A DNA stretch of 54,976 nucleotides from a virus (IMGVR_UViG_3300009124_000015:1-54976); one strand, 5' to 3'. Shown: positions 40,037 through 50,045, counted from the first letter of the stretch. Notes: generated by a model not told the origin, from the letters alone. A program made the numbers and translations.

Positions 40037-40305
40037 CTGTCTTCCCCCACTCGGTTTGCGACGGATGGTTGCGAGGCGGGTTCCATTGAATCCAATCCGT
40101 CCCTCGTTTCCACGTTGGCGATGTAGTCTTCGATTTCGAGTTGTCTGTTTTCTTCTGGGACATCCAGCATCCTTTCCAAGCCTTCGATGAGTCTGCGATG
40201 CAGAGCCTCTGAAATCAGACCGGCGCGTGTGTCCTCGTCCATCTCGAATGTGACGACTGCACCGCCGTCCTTGAGTTCAACGTATTCTATGACTTCAAGC
40301 TGCAT
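40033..40305 (-). CDS. Hypothetical protein
   Basis: Overlaps the RNR stop and the next start. Confidence 0.65.
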   Translation of the reverse strand: MQLEVIEYVELKDGGAVVTFEMDEDTRAGLISEALHRRLIEGLERMLDVPEENRQLEIEDYIANVETRDGLDSMEPASQPSVANRVGEDS

Positions 40306-42223
40306 TGAGGTCTACCACTTCGCACACACCAGCCGTACACGCCAACTCTCGTGAGCCGGACGTGTTGTCTTCACGCTCGTACTCCGAAAGAGCGGCCCAG
40401 TCAATCTGCAAGCCGCCATACGCCAGTTGCCACTCAGCGTAGTCGTCCGCCTCGATGTCCTGATACGGAGCCTGTTGGTACGTGTGGTCCGAGTGAGGCA
40501 AGAACGATACGCCCGACGCAACGTCGAAGTTCTCGTATACCCACGCGCCCACGTCCATCCACTCGTCTTCCTTTACCGTGATGGTAACGGACGGCTTGTG
40601 TTCACACCAGTTGATTGCATACGTCTTCCACAACTCTAGCTGTTCGATAGCCGTCATCTGCGTACGGGTCACAGCATTGTCCGGAGACTTCATAGCGAAC
40701 GAAAAGACTGTGGTCGAGTCCGGCTTCATCACACACGCCTCGCTGTGTACGCCACGATCCTTGAGGAACTGCGTCAGGGGGTCTTTGTTGTCCCCGCGAA
40801 CGGTACGAATGTAGTAGTCGTTGTGTCTAGCGTGAATGCCGCTTGCAGCGTCCACCAGTTGCGACACAGTACCCGACGGCTTTACACAGGTGATGGCAGC
40901 CGACTGTGGAATACCAAGCTTCTTTGCGTACTCCTCGTTCGTCTCGACGGCGACTCGCTTCATTTCTTCGAGCCAACGAGGGGAATCGACGGTCTTTGAC
41001 AAAATCGGATGATCCATGATACCAGTCAAGGATACGCCCAACAAGCGTTCTTCTTCTGTGTTTGTCTTCCATACTTTCCTCAAGTATTTGAAGTCGGTGA
41101 GCGTAGACTGCAGGGTACCCAAGATAGTTGCGAGGCGTACCTTGCGCTTCAACGAGTCTAGGGTATCGGATTCGCGTACGACAACCTCTGACAGGTTACA
41201 AAACTGATACGGACGCAGAATGATCTCACTGCACGGGTTCGTACCCCACATGTGGCCAACCTCGCGGCGTTCGTTCCGAGCAACCTGTACGTCAGCAGCC
41301 TCACGGTTGAAGATGCCCCGCTCACCTGACTTGGAGTCGTAGAGGGCAAGCCACTCACGCATAAACGTACCCATCTCTGGCTTGCCTTTGTACGCAACCG
41401 AGTTGTTGGCAAGGGCACGTTGACCCTCATGTTCCCACCACATGCCTGACTTGGCGTGTGCCATCTGATCATCGTTGAGGTTCGACAGAGAGATCAGGGC
41501 AGAGCGACGTACGCCGCCAACGACAACGATCTCACCAATCTTGCACATCAAGTCGTGACACTCGATAGGAAAGAGCTTGCGACCCTGTGCCTTCTTGAAC
41601 AGGGCAACGGTAAACTTAAACAGATCGTCGAGTGGGCCGGGACCGGACGCACGGCCACCCATAGTCTTGAGGCGCTCACCAGATGCACGTACGCCCGACA
41701 AGTCCCACTTTGGAATTTGTCCAACGTAAAGAAGTCCGATCAATTCACGCAACGACTTGGCCCATCCGGGCTTGGAGTCGCCAACCCTGATCACAGTGTC
41801 GGAATCGTGCATCGCATCACTGACCACCGGAAGTTTGTCCACGTTCTCACGCTCCACAGAGAAGCCCACACCCGTGCCACACATCAAGATATACATGCAC
41901 TCATCGAACGAACGAGGGTTGTCCACCGGAATGTACGAACAGTTGTAGCCACAGATGTTGTCACGGGCTAGGGCGGGTCCAGATGTCATCATCGCCCGCA
42001 TCGACGGCATAACCTCTAGAGACATGATGCCATCTGTGATCTCACGTGTTAGTGAATCAGAAAGCTTATACCCGTGGTTATCACGCACATGGCCACCCAT
42101 AAAAGAAACATACCTAGATACTGTTTCATCCCAGTTCTCCCTGCGTTGTTCGTCGTCGATCCAACGAGCGTACCGCGACTTGTGGATAAACTGTTGGTAT
42201 GGTGTTGGTAGCATATTATTCAT
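40295..42223 (-). CDS. nrdJ: Class II (B12-dependent) ribonucleotide reductase
   Basis: YNCSY, GTNPCSEI, TCVKPSGTVS, C-terminal ACTAGVCE; no small subunit gene; GAGGAG RBS before ATG 42223. Confidence 0.9.
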   Translation of the reverse strand: MNNMLPTPYQQFIHKSRYARWIDDEQRRENWDETVSRYVSFMGGHVRDNHGYKLSDSLTREITDGIMSLEVMPSMRAMMTSGPALARDNICGYNCSYIPVDNPRSFDECMYILMCGTGVGFSVERENVDKLPVVSDAMHDSDTVIRVGDSKPGWAKSLRELIGLLYVGQIPKWDLSGVRASGERLKTMGGRASGPGPLDDLFKFTVALFKKAQGRKLFPIECHDLMCKIGEIVVVGGVRRSALISLSNLNDDQMAHAKSGMWWEHEGQRALANNSVAYKGKPEMGTFMREWLALYDSKSGERGIFNREAADVQVARNERREVGHMWGTNPCSEIILRPYQFCNLSEVVVRESDTLDSLKRKVRLATILGTLQSTLTDFKYLRKVWKTNTEEERLLGVSLTGIMDHPILSKTVDSPRWLEEMKRVAVETNEEYAKKLGIPQSAAITCVKPSGTVSQLVDAASGIHARHNDYYIRTVRGDNKDPLTQFLKDRGVHSEACVMKPDSTTVFSFAMKSPDNAVTRTQMTAIEQLELWKTYAINWCEHKPSVTITVKEDEWMDVGAWVYENFDVASGVSFLPHSDHTYQQAPYQDIEADDYAEWQLAYGGLQIDWAALSEYEREDNTSGSRELACTAGVCEVVDLNAA

Positions 42224-42533
42224 TACTTGTCTCCTCAATTAGCTTACCGAGATACCACTGTGCCTTTTTCAGGTCTTCAACGCCATTCTTGTAGCGATAG
42301 CGCCAGAGGTACTTTATGATGTTTCCTTGCAGGTAGTATTCGTAGCCGTCACTCGTTGCGGCTTCGATAGCATCGATGCACTCAATACCTGCTTGATTGT
42401 AGTGCGGTGGCGAATTGACCATATCAGATCGATCCGTGTAAAAGGTATCGAGCAACTTCTCTTCATCCGTATTCAACTCTTCAAACTTCTTTTTCATGTA
42501 CGCCTCGTGTCTCATCGAATCAGGGCTTATCAT
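42216..42533 (-). CDS. DUF3310 / T7 gp1.7-like protein
   Basis: DMVNSPPHY...IECIDAI...GNIIKYLWRYRYKNGVEDLKKAQWYL. Confidence 0.85.
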   Translation of the reverse strand: MISPDSMRHEAYMKKKFEELNTDEEKLLDTFYTDRSDMVNSPPHYNQAGIECIDAIEAATSDGYEYYLQGNIIKYLWRYRYKNGVEDLKKAQWYLGKLIEETSNE

Positions 42534-42865
42534 CTGTTGTCACCATTGCCGACGATGTTACCCGCAGACCTGCGCTGTTGCAACTTGTAAATGTTCATCT
42601 CTGCAACTTGTTGCAAAGAGAAACCCAAGTCGTCAGCAAGGACCGCACAATACCACAAGACATCCCCGATCTCTTTGGCGATTTCACCCCGGAACTTGGC
42701 ATCGTCTCGCCCGTCACGGTAAATTTTTTTCACCTTGTCAGCCACCTCACCGGCTTCACCTGCAAGGCCGAGAGTCGGGTACGTCACCTTCATCTGTTCG
42801 GGGTAGATAGCAAACGTACGCGCTTGCATCTGATAGTTGTTGAGGTTCCAGTTGTCTTTCATCAC
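42530..42865 (-). CDS. mazG: MazG-like nucleotide pyrophosphohydrolase
   Basis: LGLAGEAGEVADKVKK...EIGDVLWY...NIYKL. Confidence 0.88.
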   Translation of the reverse strand: MMKDNWNLNNYQMQARTFAIYPEQMKVTYPTLGLAGEAGEVADKVKKIYRDGRDDAKFRGEIAKEIGDVLWYCAVLADDLGFSLQQVAEMNIYKLQQRRSAGNIVGNGDNR

Positions 42866-43209
42866 TGCTTCTTTCCAAATTCTACTTTGACGATGTTGGT
42901 GCTGGGATCGTGCGTCACGTCAACCTCGCTATCTGTCGAGTCTATCATCGCTTCTTTTGTCGCTTCGAACGAGAGACGAGCGAGACCGGCTTGCATAACC
43001 CTGTCGAAGTCCGACTCCATCAACTCCACGAGTCCGGAAAGAATCACCGAACCGGCAGGTATGTATTCATCGTCCTCGTCTTCGATCGTCGTGTCGTACG
43101 CCGTCATCGTGACGTGATCGTCCGTGTCACCTTGCTTGAAGATCAGGTACCATCGATCTTGAAGGAGGCTTGCACGTTCTAAAACAGATTGCATATTGTT
43201 ATTATCCAT
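42862..43209 (-). CDS. Acidic hypothetical protein (start reassigned to ATG 43209)
   Basis: Overlaps the endonuclease stop; NIVKVEF C-terminus. Confidence 0.7.
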   Translation of the reverse strand: MDNNNMQSVLERASLLQDRWYLIFKQGDTDDHVTMTAYDTTIEDEDDEYIPAGSVILSGLVELMESDFDRVMQAGLARLSFEATKEAMIDSTDSEVDVTHDPSTNIVKVEFGKKQ

Positions 43210-43588
43210 TCTTACACCATCCCTCCGGGATCGAACCTTCCGCCCATTCGAAGTTGTGCTTTGTAGCCCACGCAGCGTACGTAGTCTTAGAGCCTTTGTA
43301 AATTTTATTCTGTGCGCGAAGGAACACAAAACGAATATCGAGATCGGGGTGTTGTTCTTTGACAAGAAGCATCTTCATCCGATCGCTTTTATCGAGATGC
43401 CCCTTCGCCTCGATGTAAACATCCGTCTCTGGGATGTAGAAGTCTGGTGTGTACGTCCGGGGCTTCGGTACGTACGTCAGCTTCGTACTTTCGTACTCGT
43501 ACGTTACGCCCCGTTCCGCAAGCGCACGGGCCAAGTTGAGTTCGAAGTTCGACCGGAACCCGGCCTTACCCGCCGAACTTTTCTTCAT
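43202..43588 (-). CDS. T7 endonuclease I-like Holliday junction resolvase
   Basis: FRSNFE...YTPDF...IEAKG...DR.KMLLVKEQHPDLDIRFVF; ATGA overlap gives start 43588. Confidence 0.88.
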   Translation of the reverse strand: MKKSSAGKAGFRSNFELNLARALAERGVTYEYESTKLTYVPKPRTYTPDFYIPETDVYIEAKGHLDKSDRMKMLLVKEQHPDLDIRFVFLRAQNKIYKGSKTTYAAWATKHNFEWAEGSIPEGWCKNG

Positions 43589-43965
43589 AGACGCATTCCG
43601 ACGGACGCTAGCCTTTTTAGGAGATACCCTGCCAGTTTTGGCGATAGGCGTTCCAAAGGAGAGAATTCGTTTGTCAAGCGAGTCAGAGGGACGCATACAT
43701 TTGCTCCGGTGTTTGCAAGGCGACTGATCTTTCCGATCTCCGCCTCGACAGTTGTGATGTCACGCTTCTCCGTCTCGGAAGATAACGCACCTAAGTCACT
43801 GAAATTATTACGCAACGTAAGAGGCAAGCCTCGCGAGTGTTGTCGAAGGAACACGGTCTTTCGCTCACCACCCGCACCGACGTGCGACTCGACGTACACG
43901 TGATACATATCATTGTTTAATTCTAAGAGTTCTAAGTCGTAGTCTCGAATGAAAACGTACGGCAC
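43585..43965 (-). CDS. Hypothetical protein
   Basis: GTG start with AGGAG RBS; operon packing. Confidence 0.7.
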   Translation of the reverse strand: MPYVFIRDYDLELLELNNDMYHVYVESHVGAGGERKTVFLRQHSRGLPLTLRNNFSDLGALSSETEKRDITTVEAEIGKISRLANTGANVCVPLTRLTNEFSPLERLSPKLAGYLLKRLASVGMRL

Positions 43966-43966
43966 A

Positions 43967-44854
43967 TCATAGCTCCTTTGTCTTGAGTTTTGAGTACCAC
44001 ACCTTCGGAGGAGACTTGGCCTGTGACGTTACCCGATCGTGCAAGATCGCATCAGGCCAGCAATGACCACGAAAGCCACAGAGGCTACACTCTTTCGGTA
44101 AGACCTTGTTGCCGGTGCGGTGTACCTCGCCCTTTCGCTTGTACGTTTCGAATTCATCCTCGAACGCTACGAAGGGACGTACCTTCGGGTCGGACATAAA
44201 ACGTACGCGCTCGGCAGCTTCGGCAAGGTACGTGATACGGTCATCGCCTGTCCAGTCGTACGCCTCGACGATAGCAACTTCACCGCTCGACTTGTTGATC
44301 ACGATCCAGCCACCGAAGTCCAAGCCCGTGGCCGCACCGTACAAGTGGCCCTGCATAACGTACCCGAACGGGTCGTCGTTCTTGATGTGGTCGTACCCAC
44401 CAGAGCCGGTGAACTTATTCTTGAACGCCCAGTCACTTGCGGACTTGATATCCCAGACGCGCTCCCTTCCGTCGTCGCCCCGTATGATCACGTCGAGCGT
44501 ACCCTTTACGGTGACGCCCTCGATCTCTAGGGCAACTTCCTTTTGGAAGTCAACGATGTCGATACCGGCCTCACGCATGACAAGCATCAGTAAGGCTTCG
44601 GTCATGTCGCCGAATGCAAACCGTGCTATGCTATTGTATTGCATAGTTTCTTCGACGCCGTGCTTGTCCAAGACCTGCTGGCAGAGGGGCTTTCCCAAGC
44701 CGGACATACGGATGCGATACTCACGCTTGCGACCACCGAACTGCTTTTCGATGGCCTCACGAGATTCTTTGACGAAGAGTTCGAGGTTCTCCGGGGAGAC
44801 TTGTACGTCCCCCCGAATTGCCCGACTCATGTAGTCTTGGATGTTAAGCAGCAT
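43967..44854 (-). CDS. PD-(D/E)xK (Cas4/RecB-like) exonuclease
   Basis: RMSGLGKPLCQ, GTLD, WDIKSAS, GYVMQGHLY, C-terminal CSLCGFRGHCW. Confidence 0.8.
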   Translation of the reverse strand: MLLNIQDYMSRAIRGDVQVSPENLELFVKESREAIEKQFGGRKREYRIRMSGLGKPLCQQVLDKHGVEETMQYNSIARFAFGDMTEALLMLVMREAGIDIVDFQKEVALEIEGVTVKGTLDVIIRGDDGRERVWDIKSASDWAFKNKFTGSGGYDHIKNDDPFGYVMQGHLYGAATGLDFGGWIVINKSSGEVAIVEAYDWTGDDRITYLAEAAERVRFMSDPKVRPFVAFEDEFETYKRKGEVHRTGNKVLPKECSLCGFRGHCWPDAILHDRVTSQAKSPPKVWYSKLKTKEL

Positions 44855-45710
44855 CAGTGAAGTCCGACGCCAAGTCAGAGTCGTCCTCTGAAAGCATCAG
44901 CTTCTGTGCGGCCTTGAACTCACGGATCACTGCTTCGTTGTGACCGCGAATCGTCTGGTCGAACTTGACCACGAGTTGCTTGTCGTCGTCGTCGAGACCA
45001 ACCACGCCAGAAAGCGTCGGCACGGGAGTCCAGTAAACGACACTACCCTTCTTGTTCTTGTGGGTACGAAGGTTAATCTCGCAGTGAGCCATCAGCTTGT
45101 CCTGACGACCGAGACCGTTGATGAAGTCAGCAATCGGCTTGAAGCCCGACTTCTTGAAGTACGCAATCATCGGCTTCTTTTCGAGTACGACTTCTTCGCC
45201 CGCGCCGTTCTTGAACGTACCGGAAATCGTACCGTAGATTACCTGATTGCAAATCACGGCGCGGCTCTTGAGGTACGCCGGATCTTGCTGATCGAGTTGC
45301 TCTTCCTCTTGGCGGGTAAGGCGACCACACTTGTTGCCACCCTCCGTGTCAGGGAACGTACCGTCGAACTTCGGCTTTTGCACTGACTTACACGAGAAGC
45401 CACCCCGTCCCTCGTTCGCTTCCGCATCCCACATAGAATACTCGAACATGCGCATCAGGGCTTGGATTTTCACTTCGGGCGAATAGATAAACTCACCGTC
45501 TACAAAAATCTTCCAGTCACCGCGAGTGAGCGCGTTACCGTCGTCACTTTCCTGATCGTAGTTGATACCGAGACGAGGGAGACCTACGCGGTCACCACCG
45601 CCATCGCCTTGTCCGGTCAGCTTCTTTAGCTGCTCGGTGTTGTCGCTTTGCAACGCAGCAACGAGTGCATCCATTTCATTGTTCATTTCGATGATGTCTG
45701 TTCCATCCAT
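44844..45710 (-). CDS. Putative ssDNA-binding/annealing protein
   Basis: Position between polymerase and exonuclease; acidic C-terminal tail. Confidence 0.5.
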   Translation of the reverse strand: MDGTDIIEMNNEMDALVAALQSDNTEQLKKLTGQGDGGGDRVGLPRLGINYDQESDDGNALTRGDWKIFVDGEFIYSPEVKIQALMRMFEYSMWDAEANEGRGGFSCKSVQKPKFDGTFPDTEGGNKCGRLTRQEEEQLDQQDPAYLKSRAVICNQVIYGTISGTFKNGAGEEVVLEKKPMIAYFKKSGFKPIADFINGLGRQDKLMAHCEINLRTHKNKKGSVVYWTPVPTLSGVVGLDDDDKQLVVKFDQTIRGHNEAVIREFKAAQKLMLSEDDSDLASDFTDAA

Positions 45711-45752
45711 ATCCTTTACTCCTTTACGATTGGATAGTCGGTAACGGCAATC

Positions 45753-47294
45753 TTACAGTTCTACTTCGTGCAAGTCAAGCCAATTTTTACCTGCTTTGAT
45801 CTCTATTCCGACAGGCATGTTGTACGTGACACCATAACGTCGAACAGTTTCAAAGGGTAACGAGAGCATAGCGTGTTTCATCATGTCTATGCAAATATTT
45901 TTTTCATCCGGGTGTACGTCCATAACGATCGAATCGTGTACGGTGTTGCAAATCACACTGCGTACTCCGGAGTCGCGTACGATCTTCTCTAAGGCGACGA
46001 GAGCAATAGGCAAGAGGTCAGCCGTAGCGAACCCCTGAACCGGGTAGTTACAGATCGACGTGCGGTGTGTAGCCGTCCCGTACTTCGTCCACCGGGCATC
46101 TGGGAAGGCGTACTCCCGTCCGGACGGAAGGGTGATTACTCGCTTCTCAACAGCCGTACGCTGGAGGTGGTCGTGCCACAGGGTAACACCCTCGTACTTT
46201 TCCTTGAACGCCTTGTAGTAGCGTTGTTGAGCCTCTGTGCCGGTTGTGCCTCCGTAGAGGGGCTTGAAGGTATGTGCCTTCGCCTCTTGGCGTGTGCAGC
46301 CGATAACGGATGCGGTGTAATTGTGTACGTCCGTTCCGTTCCGTACGTCGATGTACGCCTGTGCATCGTTCGCAAGGAACCCGGCAACCCGAAACTCTAG
46401 CTGCGAGTAATCCCCCTCAACGATGAAGCCACCCTCGAAGCGGCTCTCGACCACCTTGCGTATAGCGAAGGTATTTCCACGTGGCATATTCTGAAAGTTA
46501 GGATTGCGAGACGAAAGGCGACCCGTCGCCGTAACGCACTGCATAAACTCCGGATGGATGAATCCCTTCTCATCGACATTGTTCTTGATCCCTTCTACAA
46601 ATGTGTTGAGGTACGTACGCAACGCATTGAACCGGACGTACCCCGTGACAAACTCACGAGCGTCACCGGACAACTCGGACGAGCGTACGTCGAGTGTCTC
46701 CTTGTCCGTACGAAATCCGGCAGAGGCCACGTCGTACGCATCACGGGGAGATATCTTGAACCCGGCAACTTCCGTACTCGGTATGTAAAGGACGCCGACA
46801 CCATCACACCGCTTACACACACGTACCGCCTTGCCGAGCGTACCATCCTTCTTCGTTACGCGATTACGACCGTGACCGTTGCACGACGTACACGTCTCGG
46901 CACGTGTCCTGTAAACGATGTCCGTCATACGGCGGACGGTCTGGTTGAATTCTTTCTTTGCAAAGCGGGTACGCTGCTTCGGCTTCATCGTTGCACCGCG
47001 TTGCTCCATGCCCAAGTTGAACGTGCGTGACCACTCGCGCTTGTCTTTTACTTTGCGTGAGTAGAGAAGCATCGACCGGTCGTCGGGGCTTGTCAGACTG
47101 ACGGGTGTGTCACCCATCGCGTTACGCGCCAAGTCATTGAGACGAGCCTCTAAGGTCTCTAGCTCTTCGGTATACATCTTCTCGATCTCGTCGAGTGTAT
47201 CCATGTTTATCTTTAGGCCGACCCGCTCGACACGAGCGAGTACGTCTGTCATTTCAAGCGACAGCTTCAGTGTGGGTACGAGTCCCTTTTCCAT
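45753..47294 (-). CDS. polA: Family A DNA polymerase (polymerase part) with DnaJ-type zinc finger
   Basis: TATGRLSS..PNFQN, motif A DYSQLEFR, motif B RQEAKAHTFKPLYG, motif C TVHDS; CTSCNGHG and CKRCDGVG. Confidence 0.93.
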   Translation of the reverse strand: MEKGLVPTLKLSLEMTDVLARVERVGLKINMDTLDEIEKMYTEELETLEARLNDLARNAMGDTPVSLTSPDDRSMLLYSRKVKDKREWSRTFNLGMEQRGATMKPKQRTRFAKKEFNQTVRRMTDIVYRTRAETCTSCNGHGRNRVTKKDGTLGKAVRVCKRCDGVGVLYIPSTEVAGFKISPRDAYDVASAGFRTDKETLDVRSSELSGDAREFVTGYVRFNALRTYLNTFVEGIKNNVDEKGFIHPEFMQCVTATGRLSSRNPNFQNMPRGNTFAIRKVVESRFEGGFIVEGDYSQLEFRVAGFLANDAQAYIDVRNGTDVHNYTASVIGCTRQEAKAHTFKPLYGGTTGTEAQQRYYKAFKEKYEGVTLWHDHLQRTAVEKRVITLPSGREYAFPDARWTKYGTATHRTSICNYPVQGFATADLLPIALVALEKIVRDSGVRSVICNTVHDSIVMDVHPDEKNICIDMMKHAMLSLPFETVRRYGVTYNMPVGIEIKAGKNWLDLHEVEL

Positions 47295-47838
47295 CGAACA
47301 ACTCCTCGAATGTTACGCCAAAGGCGTCTAGCTGTTTCAGAGCAATTTCTTCCGTAGCCTTAACGTCGGCTATTCCGTACTCTCGTACGATTTCCCACGG
47401 TATGTCGTAGAAGGTCTTACCATTCTCGATATACGGCGCAACAAGGTCAGTCTCCTTTTGGGTAACACCATACTTCCTTGCAAGAGCAGCAAGTCCGAGA
47501 GGCCAACGCCGCGCCTTCGATAGAACATATTCCGCAACCATCGTATCATAGATATCTCCGTCGTAAGTAAAGCCACACTCGCGTATCCACTGCAAGTCGA
47601 ACTTGATGTTCTGACCCACGAGTACGTCAGCGTGGTCGAGTGATAGTTGAAACTTTTCGGCAGCAGCCTGTGTCGGGGGTTCAGTCGAGTGATAGTAGCA
47701 GTCGTAGTCAACGCCGCTGACCAACCACTTGTACCCGATGGACACCAAACGATTACCGAAGTAGGGCAGAGGTGTGTAACCCCCACTCGGCTTCTCCACG
47801 TGCGTCGTCTCGACATCAAACGTCAGTACGTTTACCAT
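47254..47838 (-). CDS. 3'-5' proofreading exonuclease of the DNA polymerase, encoded as a separate ORF
   Basis: ExoI FDVET, ExoII GQNIKFD, YDTM, ExoIII YGIADV. Confidence 0.88.
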   Translation of the reverse strand: MVNVLTFDVETTHVEKPSGGYTPLPYFGNRLVSIGYKWLVSGVDYDCYYHSTEPPTQAAAEKFQLSLDHADVLVGQNIKFDLQWIRECGFTYDGDIYDTMVAEYVLSKARRWPLGLAALARKYGVTQKETDLVAPYIENGKTFYDIPWEIVREYGIADVKATEEIALKQLDAFGVTFEELFDGKGTRTHTEAVA

Positions 47839-48041
47839 ATGTTGTCCAACTCTTCATCGTAGTCTGTGTTACATGTAGTAACATGTATCACTTCATCTAC
47901 CTCTCGCACTTCAGCGATCTTTTCAGCCCTTGTCAAAGACCTGAACCTCGCTATTTCCTCCGCATCACCTAGCGCATTTTCTTCATACTCCTTAAAAGAC
48001 CTGAAGTGAACAAACATATTCTTACCTCTAGCTTTTGTCAT
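47832..48041 (-). CDS. Small hypothetical protein in an AT-richer insert
   Basis: TGATG coupling to the helicase stop. Confidence 0.55.
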   Translation of the reverse strand: MTKARGKNMFVHFRSFKEYEENALGDAEEIARFRSLTRAEKIAEVREVDEVIHVTTCNTDYDEELDNIW

Positions 48042-49270
48042 CAGTAATACACTCCTCGTTGTACGTCGATGTTCGTGTTGATCATGTCATGATATCCATT
48101 GATCTTGTTCTTCGAGATACACACGTGCCGTACCGTGTTGGTCACGTCACTTGCACCCGTCTTGCCGATACCGATGATGATGTCGGCCTCACCTGCCTTA
48201 CCCGTACGCGAATTGTCGAGCATCGAGTAGTCAATAAATTGACGGTCGTGTGCTTCGTAACTCGCCTGACTCACGGCCCACACAAGGCAGTTGTTTCGCT
48301 TGGCAATCTCCCGTGCCTTCACGTACGTTTCCTTCAACCGCTCGTCTCCCCGGTTGTATTCGCCACCGATACGAAACTTGTCTAGCTGATCCATGAACAT
48401 CACGTCCGGCTTGTTGAGCTTGGCGTAGTCGTCCGCCTCTTCGACAGACGTACCCACCGAGTCCATGATTGTCAGGTACGGTGCGATGTCACGGGCGTAC
48501 ACGGTACGCAGCCGCTCACGGTCATCTTTCATCTCGTCCTTTGTTATCCCGACAAACGACTGAATGATACGTAGCTTGATCTTCTTTGCCGGTTCTTCGT
48601 TTGCCCAGTACGTCACCTTGAACCCCTGACGAATGTACGACGCGGCAAGGAAGCAGCAAAATGTCGTCTTTCCGACTTCCGGACGTGCAAATAGGATACC
48701 CAAGTTACCCCGATCCAGCCCCGGTACGTGTTCGCGGATCAGGTCGAACTCAAAAGGGAAGTCCGGCTCCCCCGTGTTCTCATCCAAGAGCGTATCTATG
48801 TCGTCGTCTACAACCGTGTACGTCGTCTTGTCCGCGATACGTCCGTCCTCGACAACATCGATCAGTTGTCGCAAGCCGCCGAAGTCTTCGCTTTCGCCTG
48901 TGAAGATTTCGATTGCCTTCTCGCCGATCTGACGCGCACGGTCACGCAACCAAAAATTATTCACCAAGTCGAGGTAGAGGTCGTGCTTGTCGGGCGTACC
49001 CCGTTCGAGTTGCGAGATCAACTCCTGTGCCTTCTCTCGTGTCGAGTCGGGCATCGCCGGGTTACGGTCGTTGAACAACGCACCGAGTTCGCGTACGTTC
49101 ACTGACGTACCATACTGCGTGTGCGCGTACGAGATCACGTCGAATACGTCGCGCATCTCCCCGGTAAACATGTCTCGTGTTACGATGTTCGACACCTTCG
49201 AGAAGAAGTCGTTATCGAGTACGAACCCGAGTACCTGTTTATCGATTGATATGGGATCGTAAGAAGTCAT
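48041..49270 (-). CDS. Replicative SF4 (DnaB/T7 gp4-like) helicase
   Basis: ARPEVGKT Walker A, FMDQLDK, WAVSQA, GEADIIIGIG, SKNK. Confidence 0.9.
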   Translation of the reverse strand: MTSYDPISIDKQVLGFVLDNDFFSKVSNIVTRDMFTGEMRDVFDVISYAHTQYGTSVNVRELGALFNDRNPAMPDSTREKAQELISQLERGTPDKHDLYLDLVNNFWLRDRARQIGEKAIEIFTGESEDFGGLRQLIDVVEDGRIADKTTYTVVDDDIDTLLDENTGEPDFPFEFDLIREHVPGLDRGNLGILFARPEVGKTTFCCFLAASYIRQGFKVTYWANEEPAKKIKLRIIQSFVGITKDEMKDDRERLRTVYARDIAPYLTIMDSVGTSVEEADDYAKLNKPDVMFMDQLDKFRIGGEYNRGDERLKETYVKAREIAKRNNCLVWAVSQASYEAHDRQFIDYSMLDNSRTGKAGEADIIIGIGKTGASDVTNTVRHVCISKNKINGYHDMINTNIDVQRGVYY

Positions 49271-50045
49271 TCCGTTCGTCCTTTTCCATGTTCTTCAAGT
49301 CCGTGTGCAACACCATGAGGCGTGTCGGCACGTGCGAGTGAAGCGTTCGTACCATCGTAATTGCCTTATCAGTCGCGTCTTTGTCAAGAGCGACGAACAC
49401 ACGGTCATATTGTTTCAAAACCTCGATGTGTTCCGAAAGAAGATTAGTACCTAAGAGGGCCACCCCCGGCAAAACACCGCACACACTACAAGCAGAGGCA
49501 CAATCTTCCACAACACAGGCAACAGATGTGCCTGTGCCAGAAACAAAAGGACTTCTACTTGATCCATAACGATACCACTTAGGGCCACGTCCATCTAAAC
49601 TCCTTCCTGCCGCATCTACGACTTTGCGTCCGTCTTTGATCAAAAAGACAACGCGGTTCATTCGCACATCGTAGCGTATGTCCGCAGCACCGCAGAGGTA
49701 CGCATCGTACGCCCCGACCTTTCGAAGGTACGATTCGGCCTCGACACGACGAGACACACTGACGAACGTGTCGGGTATCTCGTAAGTGTTATTAGTACGG
49801 GGAGGCGGAACCGAAGCCGCCGACCGTTCGAAAACGTGCTTGCTCGACGTACGAGACAAGGTTATACCCGTACGACCGGACACGTTGCAGTCTGCGTGGA
49901 AGCAGAACCACACCCGCTGCAATCCGTTGTCCGTGACCGAGAAGGTATTCTTCTTGGCACACACCGGACAGTCGGAGCGGTACTTTGTGTTCGGTACGAT
50001 GTCCAACGACTCGACGTACGTTTTTAGCCACGATGGTGATTTCAT
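49239..50045 (-). CDS. DNA primase (zinc-binding domain plus TOPRIM)
   Basis: CPVC...CFHADC; VVEDCASA; ALLGT; ALDKDA. Confidence 0.87.
   Translation of the reverse strand: MKSPSWLKTYVESLDIVPNTKYRSDCPVCAKKNTFSVTDNGLQRVWFCFHADCNVSGRTGITLSRTSSKHVFERSAASVPPPRTNNTYEIPDTFVSVSRRVEAESYLRKVGAYDAYLCGAADIRYDVRMNRVVFLIKDGRKVVDAAGRSLDGRGPKWYRYGSSRSPFVSGTGTSVACVVEDCASACSVCGVLPGVALLGTNLLSEHIEVLKQYDRVFVALDKDATDKAITMVRTLHSHVPTRLMVLHTDLKNMEKDERNDFLRSHINR

Noticed and set aside
43196-44834. Long + strand ORFs (235 and 242 aa) antisense to replication genes, and similar antisense ORFs elsewhere
   Set aside because: These are shadow ORFs of well-supported genes, with no RBS or recognisable motifs.
47254-47300. 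Programmed -1 frameshift joining exonuclease and polymerase
   Set aside because: The required shift is +1, there is no XXXYYYZ heptamer, and an independent SD plus ATG is present.
40295-49270. Inteins or introns in RNR, polymerase or helicase
   Set aside because: Protein lengths are normal and no splice-junction or homing endonuclease motifs were seen.
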